Of a stretch of 37,455 bases of DNA, positions 1 through 9,051 are shown one piece after another. The notes below the pieces were generated by a model. It made no database searches and was not told the DNA's origin. It saw only the letters and a list, made by a program, of their open reading frames with translations. Source of the DNA: Gemmatimonadota bacterium (GTDB taxonomy: Bacteria > Gemmatimonadota > Gemmatimonadetes > Palauibacterales > Palauibacteraceae); the NCBI GenBank assembly GCA_027295155.1, contig JAPULH010000179.1, positions 1-37,455 of the forward strand, given 5' to 3'. Within the stretch, counting starts at the first letter, position 1. The number at the start of each line of letters is the position of its first letter. The translations under genes were made by a program, and so were the position numbers.

Positions 1-2
1 TC

Positions 3-1103
3 GAGCTCGCGGAGCGCGGCTGGGGCCAGGTGGCGCCGAACCCGCTTGTCGGGGCGGTGGTCGTGTCGGACTCGGGTGTGGTAGGGGAGGGGTTCCACGA
101 GCGCCATGGAGACGAGCACGCCGAGGTGGCCGCCCTACGTGCCGCTGGACCGAGGGCGGTGGGGTCCACCCTGTACGTGAACTTGGAACCGTGTGCTCAC
201 GATGGTAAGACACCTCCGTGTGATCGGGTGATCCTCGAGGCGGGAGTGCGAGAGGTGATTATCGCGTGCCGGGATCCGAACCCGGAGGCGTCTGGCGGTC
301 TCGACAGGCTTGAAGCATCGGGCGTGGCGGTACGCCTCGGGGTGGCTGCTGAAGCCGCGCGCAGACTGAACGCACCGTTCTTCTGGCGTGTCACGCAAGA
401 GCTGCCGTACGTGGCGCTGAAGCTCGCGATGTCGCTGGATGGTAGGATCGCCGCCGGCGTTGGAGTCCGTTCTGCGGTCACGGGCGAGAGCGCCTGGCGC
501 GAGGTCCACCGGCTGCGGGCCGGGTTCGACGCGGTTCTGATCGGACGGGGCACCGCGGTTGTGGATGACCCGATGCTCACGGCGCGTGGCGCGCCGGCTC
601 CCCGTGTCCCTCCCGTCAGGGTGGTGCTCGACTCCGAACTTCGCCTGTCCACCTCGAGCCGTCTCGTGCGCTCCATCGACGAGGCGCCCGTGTGGGCGGT
701 GGGCGCCGATGGTGCGGATCCGGGGCGGCGAGCCCGATTGGAAGGTGCGGGAGTGAAGGTGCTGGAGGTCCTCGCGGCGGATCCGGCGCCCGAGAGGGCG
801 GAATCAGGCAGGAAGATCGACCTGCCGTCGGCGCTGCGGGCGTTGAAGGGAGCCGGGGTCGGCACGATTCTCGTCGAAGGGGGGGCGCGCGTGGCATCGG
901 CCATCCTGCGCGAGGGCCTTGTCCGGAGGCTCTACCTGCTCGTCGCACCCAGCTTTCTCGGCGATGAGGGCGTGTCGGCGTTCGTCGGCGTGCCGCCATC
1001 GGAGGAAGATGCGTGGGAGGTGTCCGACCGCCGCGGCCTCGGGAGGGACACGCTGATCGTGCTCGAGAACCGAGATGCGCTCGCTCGACTGGCCGGAGGC
1101 TGA
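3..1103 (+). CDS. ribD: Riboflavin biosynthesis deaminase/reductase RibD (5'-truncated by window edge)
   Basis: PNPLVGAVVV, HAEVAAL and LEPCAHDGKTPPC deaminase Zn motifs; KLAMSLDGRIA, ILVEGG reductase motifs; frame is open to the window start. Confidence 0.96.
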   Translation, partial: ELAERGWGQVAPNPLVGAVVVSDSGVVGEGFHERHGDEHAEVAALRAAGPRAVGSTLYVNLEPCAHDGKTPPCDRVILEAGVREVIIACRDPNPEASGGLDRLEASGVAVRLGVAAEAARRLNAPFFWRVTQELPYVALKLAMSLDGRIAAGVGVRSAVTGESAWREVHRLRAGFDAVLIGRGTAVVDDPMLTARGAPAPRVPPVRVVLDSELRLSTSSRLVRSIDEAPVWAVGADGADPGRRARLEGAGVKVLEVLAADPAPERAESGRKIDLPSALRALKGAGVGTILVEGGARVASAILREGLVRRLYLLVAPSFLGDEGVSAFVGVPPSEEDAWEVSDRRGLGRDTLIVLENRDALARLAGG

Positions 1104-1714
1104 TGTTCACCGGGATCATACAGGAGGTCGGCACGGTGGTGGAGCGCAACGCCCTCGAAGGCGCCGTGGCCTTTCGTGTCCGAGCGCCGGCCCTCGCCGC
1201 CGATCTGGCGGAGAGCGAGAGCATCAACGTGGACGGCGTGTGCCACACCGTGACCGGGTGCGAAGAGGGTGCGTTCCGCTTCGTCTCGGTCATCGCCACC
1301 CTAGAACGGACCACCTTCGGCGAGTTGGACGTCCGACGCCGCGTAAACCTGGAGCGAGCCCTTCGGGCGGGCGATCCTCTCGGCGGGCACCTCGTACAGG
1401 GTCATGTGGACGGCGTGGGCGTCGTCGAGACGCTGGAGCACCTGGGAGAGACGGTTCGGCTGCGGGTCCGCCTGCCGGGCGACATCGCCTCTCTTTCGGT
1501 CCCGCGTGGCTCGCTGGCCGTCGATGGGGTCAGCATGACCTTGAGCCGGCTGGACGGCGAGGTCGCGGAGATGGCGATCATCCCCTATACATGGACGCAT
1601 ACGGCGTTCGACCGGCTGCGTGCGGGAGAGCGGGTCAACCTGGAAGCCGACCTCATCGGCAAGTACGTGGCACGCCTCGCGGAGCCTTACTGGGCCCGCG
1701 GAGAAGGCGATTAG
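1103..1714 (+). CDS. ribE: Riboflavin synthase (alpha chain)
   Basis: MFTGII N-terminus, [24 protein letters not shown]; ATG overlaps ribD stop (TGATG). Confidence 0.96.
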   Translation: MFTGIIQEVGTVVERNALEGAVAFRVRAPALAADLAESESINVDGVCHTVTGCEEGAFRFVSVIATLERTTFGELDVRRRVNLERALRAGDPLGGHLVQGHVDGVGVVETLEHLGETVRLRVRLPGDIASLSVPRGSLAVDGVSMTLSRLDGEVAEMAIIPYTWTHTAFDRLRAGERVNLEADLIGKYVARLAEPYWARGEGD

Positions 1715-1816
1715 CAGAATAGGTGTCGTCCGGCGGTCTCCCGGGTAAGCACCGGCGGCTGGAGGGTTGTGGAAGTGGTGGAAGGAGTACAGCAAGACGC
1801 GGAAAGCGAGCAGCCC

Positions 1817-3028
1817 ATGTCTTTAGATACGGTTGAGGAGGCTATCGCCGCGATTCGACGGGGTGATCTCGTGATCGTGGCGGACGACATCGAGCGCGAG
1901 AACGAAGGTGATCTGGTCTGCGCGGCGGACAAGGTTACGCCCGAGCTCATCAACTTCATGAGCCTTCACGGGCGCGGGCTAATCTGCGTCACGCTGGCGG
2001 CGGACCTGGCGGACCGTCTGGACCTTCCTCTGATGGCCGACGGCCGCTCCGGTGACTCGCTCGAGACGGCTTTCACGGTAAGCATCGACGCCCGCCGCGA
2101 ATACGGCGTGACCACCGGGATCAGCGCTCATGACAGGGCCCGTACGATCCAGATCGCCGTGGACCCGCGTTCCCGGCCGGCGGATCTCCTGAGGCCGGGC
2201 CATGTCTTCCCCCTCAGGGCCAGGCCGGGCGGCGTGCTCCAGCGTGTCGGCCAGACGGAGGCATCGGTCGACCTGGCCCGCATGGCGGGCCTCCAGCCCG
2301 CCGGCGTGATCTGTGAGATCCTGAACGCGGACGGCACGATGGCGCGCCGGGAGGACCTCGAGCGATTCGGCGACACGCACAAGCTCCCCGTCGTCACGGT
2401 GGGGCAGATCGTGGCGTACCGTCTCCGGCATGAGCAGCTCGTCCATCGCGTCGCGGAGGCCCGCCTCCCGACGCCCCAGGGGGAGTTCAGGATCATCGGC
2501 TACCGCAATGACGTGGATGACCACGAGCACGTGGCGCTGGTGCACGGCGAGGTCGCGGGACAGGAGGACGTGCTCGTCCGCGTACACTCGAAGTGCCTCA
2601 CCGGGGACGTATTCGCTTCACGCCGGTGCGATTGCGGGATGCAGCTGCGCGCCGCGATGGAGCGGGTGATCAAGGAGGGGGCGGGGGTGATCGTGTACCT
2701 CGACCAGGAGGGCCGGGGGATCGGGCTCCTCAACAAGCTTCGAGCGTATGAGCTTCAGGACGAAGGGCATGACACGGTGGAGGCCAACGAGGCGCTGGGC
2801 TTTCCACCGGATCTGAGAAGCTACGGGATCGGCGCACAGATCCTCGCGGACCTCGGTCTCCACTCGATTCGAATCCTCACGAACAATCCGAAAAAGCTGG
2901 CCGGCCTCGAGGGCTTCGGGCTCAAGATCACGGGCCGCGAGCCGCTCACCACGGCCGCCACCGGGTTCAACCGCTCGTATCTCGAGACGAAACAGGAAAA
3001 GCTCGGACACCTCCTCGGCCTTCGATGA
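1817..3028 (+). CDS. ribBA: Bifunctional DHBP synthase / GTP cyclohydrolase II
   Basis: [29 protein letters not shown], then [32 protein letters not shown]; an alternative GTG start lies at 1769. Confidence 0.96.
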   Translation: MSLDTVEEAIAAIRRGDLVIVADDIERENEGDLVCAADKVTPELINFMSLHGRGLICVTLAADLADRLDLPLMADGRSGDSLETAFTVSIDARREYGVTTGISAHDRARTIQIAVDPRSRPADLLRPGHVFPLRARPGGVLQRVGQTEASVDLARMAGLQPAGVICEILNADGTMARREDLERFGDTHKLPVVTVGQIVAYRLRHEQLVHRVAEARLPTPQGEFRIIGYRNDVDDHEHVALVHGEVAGQEDVLVRVHSKCLTGDVFASRRCDCGMQLRAAMERVIKEGAGVIVYLDQEGRGIGLLNKLRAYELQDEGHDTVEANEALGFPPDLRSYGIGAQILADLGLHSIRILTNNPKKLAGLEGFGLKITGREPLTTAATGFNRSYLETKQEKLGHLLGLR

Positions 3029-3498
3029 GCGAGAACCCCGAGGATCCGGCCGGCTCGGGTCGCCGGTTCTGTCTCGTCGTCAGCCGCTACAACCGTGTCA
3101 TCACGGATCGTTTGGTCGCCGGTGCGCGCGACGCCCTACTTCGGCGCGGCGCGAGGCCCGAGGACATCGACGTCGTGCGCGTGCCCGGTGCGTGGGAGCT
3201 GGCCGCTGCTGTGAGGCAGGCGTCTCGCGCCGGGTACGACGCGGTCGTCGCTCTGGGCTGTGTCGTGAGGGGAGAGACACCACACTTCGACTACATCTGT
3301 CAGGGCGCGACCTACGCCTTGTCGAGGCTGGCGATCACCGAGGACACGCCCATCGCGTTCGGCGTGATCACGGCCGACACGCTCGAGCAGGCGAAGGATC
3401 GGGTCGGTGGAAGCCACGGCCACAAGGGCGAAGAGGCAGCGCTCGCCGCGCTCGAGATGTGTGGGGTCTTCGATCAGATCGCCCGGGCTTCGACGTGA
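3025..3498 (+). CDS. ribH: 6,7-dimethyl-8-ribityllumazine synthase
   Basis: VVSRYN, VPGAWEL, VVRGETPHFDYI, FGVIT; position in rib operon. Confidence 0.95.
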   Translation: MSENPEDPAGSGRRFCLVVSRYNRVITDRLVAGARDALLRRGARPEDIDVVRVPGAWELAAAVRQASRAGYDAVVALGCVVRGETPHFDYICQGATYALSRLAITEDTPIAFGVITADTLEQAKDRVGGSHGHKGEEAALAALEMCGVFDQIARAST

Positions 3499-3920
3499 GC
3501 GCGCCGCAGCCTCGCTCGCGGGCGCGCGCCTGGGTGCTTCAGCTCCTCTATGCGTGTGAGATGAGCGACGGCGGTTCGCTCACCGAGTATGCCAGCACGG
3601 CGCTTACGCGCCGGCGCGTCGCCCCGCGCTACCGTCCGTACATCGACAGGCTTCTCACGGTTCTCGAGGAACACCGGCAGGAGATCGACCAGACCCTGCA
3701 GGATCACATCGCGAACTGGCGGCTGGCCCGGCTGGCGGCGATAGACCGGAACATCCTCCGTATGGGCGTTGCCGAGCTCCGATACGTGGCAGAGATTCCC
3801 GGAAAGGTGGCGATCACCGAGGCGCTCAAGCTGGCCGAACGGTATGGAAGCGATGGCAGCGCGGCGTTCGTGAACGGGGTTCTGGATTCTGTGTACCGGG
3901 ACGCGGCCGTCGCCGGCTGA
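3495..3920 (+). CDS. nusB: Transcription antitermination factor NusB
   Basis: RSRARAWVLQLLY, NWRLARLAAIDRNILR, FVNGVLD; GTG overlaps ribH stop; canonical ribH-nusB order. Confidence 0.95.
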   Translation: MSAPQPRSRARAWVLQLLYACEMSDGGSLTEYASTALTRRRVAPRYRPYIDRLLTVLEEHRQEIDQTLQDHIANWRLARLAAIDRNILRMGVAELRYVAEIPGKVAITEALKLAERYGSDGSAAFVNGVLDSVYRDAAVAG

Positions 3921-3936
3921 CGCCACGTCTCCCGCG

Positions 3937-5058
3937 CTGCGCATCCTCGTCGTCAACTGGCAGGACCGTCGAAACCCGCACGCGGGCGGGGCTGAGGTCC
4001 ACCTGCACGAGATCTTCATGCGGTTGGCCGGCCGGGGACATCGAGTCACGCTGCTGGTCTCGGGGTGGGCCGGGGCCCTCGCATCGGAAGAAGTGGACGG
4101 GATGCACGTCGTTCGGACGGGAGGCCGGTACACGTTCCCGCTTCACGCCCGGAGAGCCTTCCGGGATCTTGGTCCAAGCGGGTTCGATCTCATTGTCGAG
4201 GACATCAACAAGTCACCGCTGTTCACCCCTCGCTGGAGCGATATACCCGTCGCCGCCATCGTGCCGCATCTGTTCGGCACGACCGTGTTTCGGGAGGCCT
4301 CGCTCCCCGTGGCCGTCGCCGTCTGGCTTGGCGAAAAACGCATGCTCGGGGCCTACCGCTCGGTGCCGCTGCAGGCCATCTCATGGAGCACGAAAGAGGA
4401 CCTGATCGCGCGCGGCTTCTCGGCGGAGCGAATCCAGGTCGTCTACCCGGGTGTGGATCACCGGATCTACCGTCCCGATCCCGGTGTCAGTCGGTACGAA
4501 CGGCCGACGTTCGTGTACCTTGGGCGGTTGAAGCGGTACAAGGGTCTGGATGTTCTCGTGCGGGCCGTGGCCCTGCTGCAACGCGCCGGATGGGAGGGCC
4601 GGCTCCTCATCGCCGGAGCGGGGGATGACGCGGCCCGCTTGAGGCGTGTGGCCGCGTCGGAGGGGATCGAAGAAGGGGTTGAGTTCCTCGGGTTCGTGAC
4701 GGGCGAGCGCAAGATGGAGCTGCTGCACCGGGCCTGGGCCGTCCTGTATCCTTCTCCGAAGGAGGGTTGGGGTCTTACGAACATCGAGGCGGCGGCCTGC
4801 GGCACGCCGGCCATCGCGAGCGATTCGCCCGGGTTATGCGAGTCGGTCGCTTCAGGAAAATCGGGCTTCCTGGTTGCGCACGGGGATCCGGCGGCGTGGG
4901 CCGCACGGCTGCGGGAGCTCACCGAGCACCCCGAGCTCCGTGAGCGTCTGGGCCAGGGTGCGATCGAGCACGCGGGCCGCTTCTCGTGGGATCGCGCGGC
5001 GGACGAGACGGAGGCGTGGTTGGAGGACGGCGTTCGCGCGTCGGGCAGCCAGGCCTGA
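3937..5058 (+). CDS. Glycosyltransferase family 4 protein
   Basis: N-terminal LRILVVNWQD..AGGAEVHLHEI from CTG at 3937, YLGRLKRYKG, EGWGLTNIEAAACG (EX7E). First ATG is at 4018, inside the conserved N-terminus. Confidence 0.88.
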   Translation: MRILVVNWQDRRNPHAGGAEVHLHEIFMRLAGRGHRVTLLVSGWAGALASEEVDGMHVVRTGGRYTFPLHARRAFRDLGPSGFDLIVEDINKSPLFTPRWSDIPVAAIVPHLFGTTVFREASLPVAVAVWLGEKRMLGAYRSVPLQAISWSTKEDLIARGFSAERIQVVYPGVDHRIYRPDPGVSRYERPTFVYLGRLKRYKGLDVLVRAVALLQRAGWEGRLLIAGAGDDAARLRRVAASEGIEEGVEFLGFVTGERKMELLHRAWAVLYPSPKEGWGLTNIEAAACGTPAIASDSPGLCESVASGKSGFLVAHGDPAAWAARLRELTEHPELRERLGQGAIEHAGRFSWDRAADETEAWLEDGVRASGSQA

Positions 5059-5084
5059 TGGCACCAACTGGAAGGAGAGAGCGC

Positions 5085-5420
5085 ATGCAGGTGACGATAA
5101 CCGCACGGCATTTCGATGTATCGGACGCCCTTCGCCGGCTGGTGGAAGAGAGGTTTTCCCGGCTGGAGAGGTTCGAGGAGCGCATAGGGCGTGTGGAGGT
5201 GACGCTGCTGGAGGAAAAGAACCATTTCGAGGTGGAGGGGGACCTGAGCATCGACGGGCGAGGGACCGTTCATGCCCATGCGGAAGCGGCGGACTTCCGG
5301 TCCGCCGTCGATCGGGTGGTGAATAAGCTGGCTCGGCAGCTCAAGAGAAGCCGTTCTCGTCACCGGGATCACACCGTCGATAAGGATCGCCTGGCGACGT
5401 CCGAGGAGCCGCTCGGTTGA
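5085..5420 (+). CDS. raiA: Ribosome hibernation factor (short HPF/RaiA family)
   Basis: MQVTITARHFDVSDALR, AVDRVVNKLARQLKR; SD GGAAGGAG upstream. Confidence 0.92.
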   Translation: MQVTITARHFDVSDALRRLVEERFSRLERFEERIGRVEVTLLEEKNHFEVEGDLSIDGRGTVHAHAEAADFRSAVDRVVNKLARQLKRSRSRHRDHTVDKDRLATSEEPLG

Positions 5421-6376
5421 CCACACTCAGCGTTGGCGCCTTGCTCGAGCGCAAGGGTGAGAGCATGCTGCTCCGCTTGCTGGCGGGCGAGAGCGGTCTG
5501 GACCGGGAGATCGGTGCGCCGGACGTCTCGAGCCCGGGGATCGCGCTCAGCGGCTTCACCGAGCGCTTCGCGAGCGGTCGTATCCAGGTGTTCGGCGAGA
5601 CAGAGATCGCCTTTCTCCGCTCGCTCGGCCCCGACGAGCAGCGGACGGCCGCGGACTTCGTGGTCCGTTCAGACGTTCCCTGCATCTTTGTCACGAAGGG
5701 GATCGAGCCTCCTGAGGCGCTCGCTGCGGCCGCCGAGGAGCAAGGAATCCCCCTGATCCAGACGAGGCTGAAGACCGGGGAGTTCTATCGCCGGATCAAG
5801 CCGTATCTGGAGGACGAGTTCGCTCCGACCAGCGTCATGCACGGCTCGTTGGCGGACGTCTACGGCGTGGGTCTCCTGTTCGTTGGGAGCAGTGGGATCG
5901 GAAAGAGCGAGTGCGTCCTGGATCTCGTCGAGAGGGGACATCGCCTCGTGGCTGACGATGTCGTGATGATCACACGCCGTGGGATCGACGTGCTCATCGC
6001 GCGCGGCCTGGAGCAGCAGCAGTATCACATGGAGATCCGAGGCATCGGCATCATCGATGTCCGGGCGCTCTTCGGCATACACGCCACACGGCAGCAGAAG
6101 CGCCTGGAAGTGGTCGTGCAGCTGGAGGAGTGGAGCGACACGACCGACTACGATCGAACGGGCCTGGATAAGGAGACGACCACCATCCTGGACGTGGAGC
6201 TGCCCAAGGTCGTGATCCCGCTGAACCCCGGTAAGAACATCACGGTGATCTCGGAGGTCATCGCGATGCGGCATCTTCTTCGCTATTCGGGCGTCGACAG
6301 CGCCGCTGAGTTCCACAGGAACATGCGGCGCAGGATGAAGCCGGTCCGAGAGTATCTGGAGGAGGATAATGAGTGA
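5417..6376 (+). CDS. hprK: HPr(Ser) kinase/phosphorylase
   Basis: RIQVFGETE, HGSLADVYGVG, Walker A GSSGIGKSE, LVADD, MEIRGIG. Confidence 0.96.
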   Translation: MTTLSVGALLERKGESMLLRLLAGESGLDREIGAPDVSSPGIALSGFTERFASGRIQVFGETEIAFLRSLGPDEQRTAADFVVRSDVPCIFVTKGIEPPEALAAAAEEQGIPLIQTRLKTGEFYRRIKPYLEDEFAPTSVMHGSLADVYGVGLLFVGSSGIGKSECVLDLVERGHRLVADDVVMITRRGIDVLIARGLEQQQYHMEIRGIGIIDVRALFGIHATRQQKRLEVVVQLEEWSDTTDYDRTGLDKETTTILDVELPKVVIPLNPGKNITVISEVIAMRHLLRYSGVDSAAEFHRNMRRRMKPVREYLEEDNE

Positions 6377-6776
6377 GGTGAGAGGCGTCGTCGTGGCGCA
6401 CGCGGACCTCGCTTCTGCTCTGGTCGGCGCGGTGGAGGCGATATCGGGCGTCCGTGGGGCGCTCGCGCCCGTCACGAATGAGCGGTGCTCTCCGGAGCAG
6501 CTCGCCAACCGTGTCCAGGCGTCGGTCGGCGATGGCCCGGCCCTCGTGTTCGTCGACATGGCCAGCGGAAGCTGCGCCTTCGCCGGAATGCGGATCGCCC
6601 GTGACGCGTCCCGCGTGGCGGTGGTCGCGGGCGTAAACCTACCCATGCTGCTGGACTTCGTGTTTCATCGGGGAATAGATCTCCGCGAGCTGGCCGAGCG
6701 CGTCGTGGAGAAGGGGAGGCAGGAGATGACGGCTCGTTTCCCACCAGGCCGTGCCGATGCCGATTGTCCTTCATAG
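6369..6776 (+). CDS. PTS mannose/fructose/sorbose family IIA
   Basis: GVVVAHADLA (phospho-His), VFVDMASGS, GVNLPMLL. Confidence 0.9.
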   Translation: MSEVRGVVVAHADLASALVGAVEAISGVRGALAPVTNERCSPEQLANRVQASVGDGPALVFVDMASGSCAFAGMRIARDASRVAVVAGVNLPMLLDFVFHRGIDLRELAERVVEKGRQEMTARFPPGRADADCPS

Positions 6777-7257
6777 GGTCGACGAGCGGCTTCTGCATGG
6801 CCAGGTCGTGGTCGGCTGGGGCCGCCGCCTCGGGATCGGCTTCTACGTGGTAGTGGACGATGGGATCGCGGAGTGCGAATGGGAGCGCGAGCTCTATGCG
6901 AGCGCGCTCCCGGCGGACAGCGATGTGTATTTCCTTACGGTAGCCGAGACCATTCGACGGCTACCGGAGTTCGAGGCACGTCGGGACGCGGGCATCCTGC
7001 TCACGGCCGATACCGTGGCGATGCGCCGGCTGGCCGAGGCGGGTCTGCTGGCAGGGCACGCCGTCAATCTGGGGGGATTGCACTCGGCTCCGGGGCGAGA
7101 GCGTCTGCTGGACTACGTCTTCCTCTCCGCCTCGGAGACAGAGGATGTCAGGGTGATCGGAGATCTGGCCGCCTCGGTGTCCGCCAGGGACTTGCCGGGG
7201 TCCCCCGAGGTTGGTCTCGAGAGGTTGTTGCGGTCCGTTGAGCGAGCTCGACGTTAG
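6757..7257 (+). CDS. PTS mannose/sorbose family IIB
   Basis: RVDERLLHGQVVVGW motif, VNLGGLH. Confidence 0.92.
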   Translation: MPIVLHRVDERLLHGQVVVGWGRRLGIGFYVVVDDGIAECEWERELYASALPADSDVYFLTVAETIRRLPEFEARRDAGILLTADTVAMRRLAEAGLLAGHAVNLGGLHSAPGRERLLDYVFLSASETEDVRVIGDLAASVSARDLPGSPEVGLERLLRSVERARR

Positions 7258-7930
7258 CGTCGGCCTTTGGGCCGTGCTGGTGGTGGTGGGCGCCGCGTTG
7301 GGGCTCGATGCCGCCTCCTGGCCACAGGTCATGATCTCACGCCCCATCGTCGCGGCAACGATCGGTGGAGCCTTGCTGGGGGACGCGTCATCGGGATTCC
7401 TTGTCGGAGCTATACTCGAGCTTCTCGGCCTCGGCCACATGCCGTACGGCGCCGCCGTGTACCCGGAGACGGGTCCAGCGGGCCTGGTCGCCGGCGCGGG
7501 ACTGGCTGCGAGCGGCGACAGCGGACTGGGGCCGCTGCTCCTGGCAGTCGCCTGCGGCTGGATCATCGGGTGGGTGGGGGCGGCCACCGTCCGCCTCCAA
7601 CGGAGGATCAACGGATACTTGGTCGCGAGCCTCGCCGCCGCGGCCCCGTACCGGCTCGAGCGGAGGCACCGAATGGCCATGACCATCGACGCGCTGCGGG
7701 CTGGTGCGCTCACGGCTGCCTTCGCGGTCCCCGTCATGATCTTGGTAAAGCTGGTCTCCAGATTGCCGACGGGCGGAGCCGCGCTGTCGGTGGCCTCCGC
7801 GGTCCTTCTGGTGGCGGTCGCTCTGGCCGGCGGTGTCGGGGTCAGGGTCATGGGAGGACGCCGGACCGCCCCTCTGCTGTTTGGAGCGGGTGGGGCGGCG
7901 GCGGCGCTGCTCATACTCCTCACAGGGTGA
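7238..7930 (+). CDS. PTS mannose family IIC
   Basis: Hydrophobic; LD...PQVMISRPIVA, GAILELL...P.GA motifs; start uncertain (TTG 7238). Confidence 0.85.
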   Translation: MSELDVSVGLWAVLVVVGAALGLDAASWPQVMISRPIVAATIGGALLGDASSGFLVGAILELLGLGHMPYGAAVYPETGPAGLVAGAGLAASGDSGLGPLLLAVACGWIIGWVGAATVRLQRRINGYLVASLAAAAPYRLERRHRMAMTIDALRAGALTAAFAVPVMILVKLVSRLPTGGAALSVASAVLLVAVALAGGVGVRVMGGRRTAPLLFGAGGAAAALLILLTG

Positions 7931-7937
7931 GATAGCT

Positions 7938-8678
7938 GTGGAGCCGACGCAGTCGGATCGTGTTTCTTCGTTCTTGAGGTGCTTCGCGGTGCAGGGATCG
8001 TGGAACTATCGCACGCTGGTCGCGGGAGGACTGGCGAACGCGATGCTGCCGCTTCTGCGGCGCATCTACGCGGGAGATCCGGTGCGTCTCGAGGCGGCGG
8101 TCTCGCGTCACCTGGAGCCGTTCAACGCTCACCCCTACCTCTGTGCGATGGCGGTGACGGCGCTGGCGCGTCTAGAGGCGACCGAGGTCTCCCCGGAGAA
8201 GATCACGCGGTTTCGCACCGCCCTGCGCGCTCCGCTCGGAGCGGTGGGCGACGAGCTCGTGTGGGCCGGTTGGCGGCCGTTCTGCGCCCTGCTGGCGATA
8301 GTCCTCTTCGCCCTGGAAGGGAGTCCGTGGGTGGCGACGCTGTTCTTCCTTCTTCTTTACAACGTCGGGCATGTGTACCTCCGCGGCTGGGCCTTTTGGC
8401 GCGGCTGGAGCGCCGGATTCGATGTGGGTCGGGCTTTGCAGGAAGCGCCGTGGAACGGGGCGACGCGCTGGTTGACGGTGCTCAACGCCTTCCTGGTGGG
8501 TGCGGCCGTGGTGCTGGTGGCCTGGCGTACGCCAGCCACGGCTCTCCTACGTTGGGAGGTGGTGCTTGCCCTGGTGGCGGCGGCCGCCGTCGGATACGTG
8601 CGGCCGGGGCTCGGCGAGCGGGTAGCCGCGACGCTGCTCATCGCGGCGCCGGTACTTCTGCTTCTCCTGGGCGGATAG
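7938..8678 (+). CDS. PTS mannose family IID
   Basis: VQGSWNYRTL, RHLEPFNAHPY, PLGAVGDELVW, FLLLYNVGH. Confidence 0.92.
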   Translation: MEPTQSDRVSSFLRCFAVQGSWNYRTLVAGGLANAMLPLLRRIYAGDPVRLEAAVSRHLEPFNAHPYLCAMAVTALARLEATEVSPEKITRFRTALRAPLGAVGDELVWAGWRPFCALLAIVLFALEGSPWVATLFFLLLYNVGHVYLRGWAFWRGWSAGFDVGRALQEAPWNGATRWLTVLNAFLVGAAVVLVAWRTPATALLRWEVVLALVAAAAVGYVRPGLGERVAATLLIAAPVLLLLLGG

Positions 8679-8688
8679 GACGCGAGTC

Positions 8689-9051
8689 GTGACGGAAGGC
8701 ATGATCGAGGCTGCGCGGCACGTGAGCGTGACGAACCGATACGGGTTGCATGCCCGACCGGCCGCGGAGTTCGTGAAGCTCGCCTCCCGTTTCGAATGCG
8801 ACGTATGGGTGGAGAAAGATGGACTGGAGGTGAACGGCAAGAGCATCATGGGAGTGCTCATGTTGGCGGCTGAGTCTGGATCGACGCTGCGCCTGAGGAC
8901 GGTCGGTGAGGACGCCGAGTCGGCGCTCGAGGCGCTGGTCCATCTGGTGGAGCGGGGCTTCGGTGACGGGGGAGTGGAGGAAGATGTGGTGGTCGAGGAG
9001 GCCTCGCGGGACGGCGCAAACAGCGACGCGGACGTGGAGACGTCGCGGTGA
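8689..9051 (+). CDS. ptsH: Phosphocarrier protein HPr with acidic C-terminal extension
   Basis: GLHARPAA (His15) and NGKSIMGVLMLAA (Ser46); alternative ATG at 8701. Confidence 0.95.
   Translation: MTEGMIEAARHVSVTNRYGLHARPAAEFVKLASRFECDVWVEKDGLEVNGKSIMGVLMLAAESGSTLRLRTVGEDAESALEALVHLVERGFGDGGVEEDVVVEEASRDGANSDADVETSR

Noticed and set aside
1715-1816. Gap before ribBA as a possible FMN riboswitch
   Set aside because: No RFN consensus (GGGTGAAATTCCC..ACCG); partly an open frame from GTG 1769
5059-5084. raiA-motif RNA upstream of raiA/hpf
   Set aside because: Intergenic space is only 26 nt
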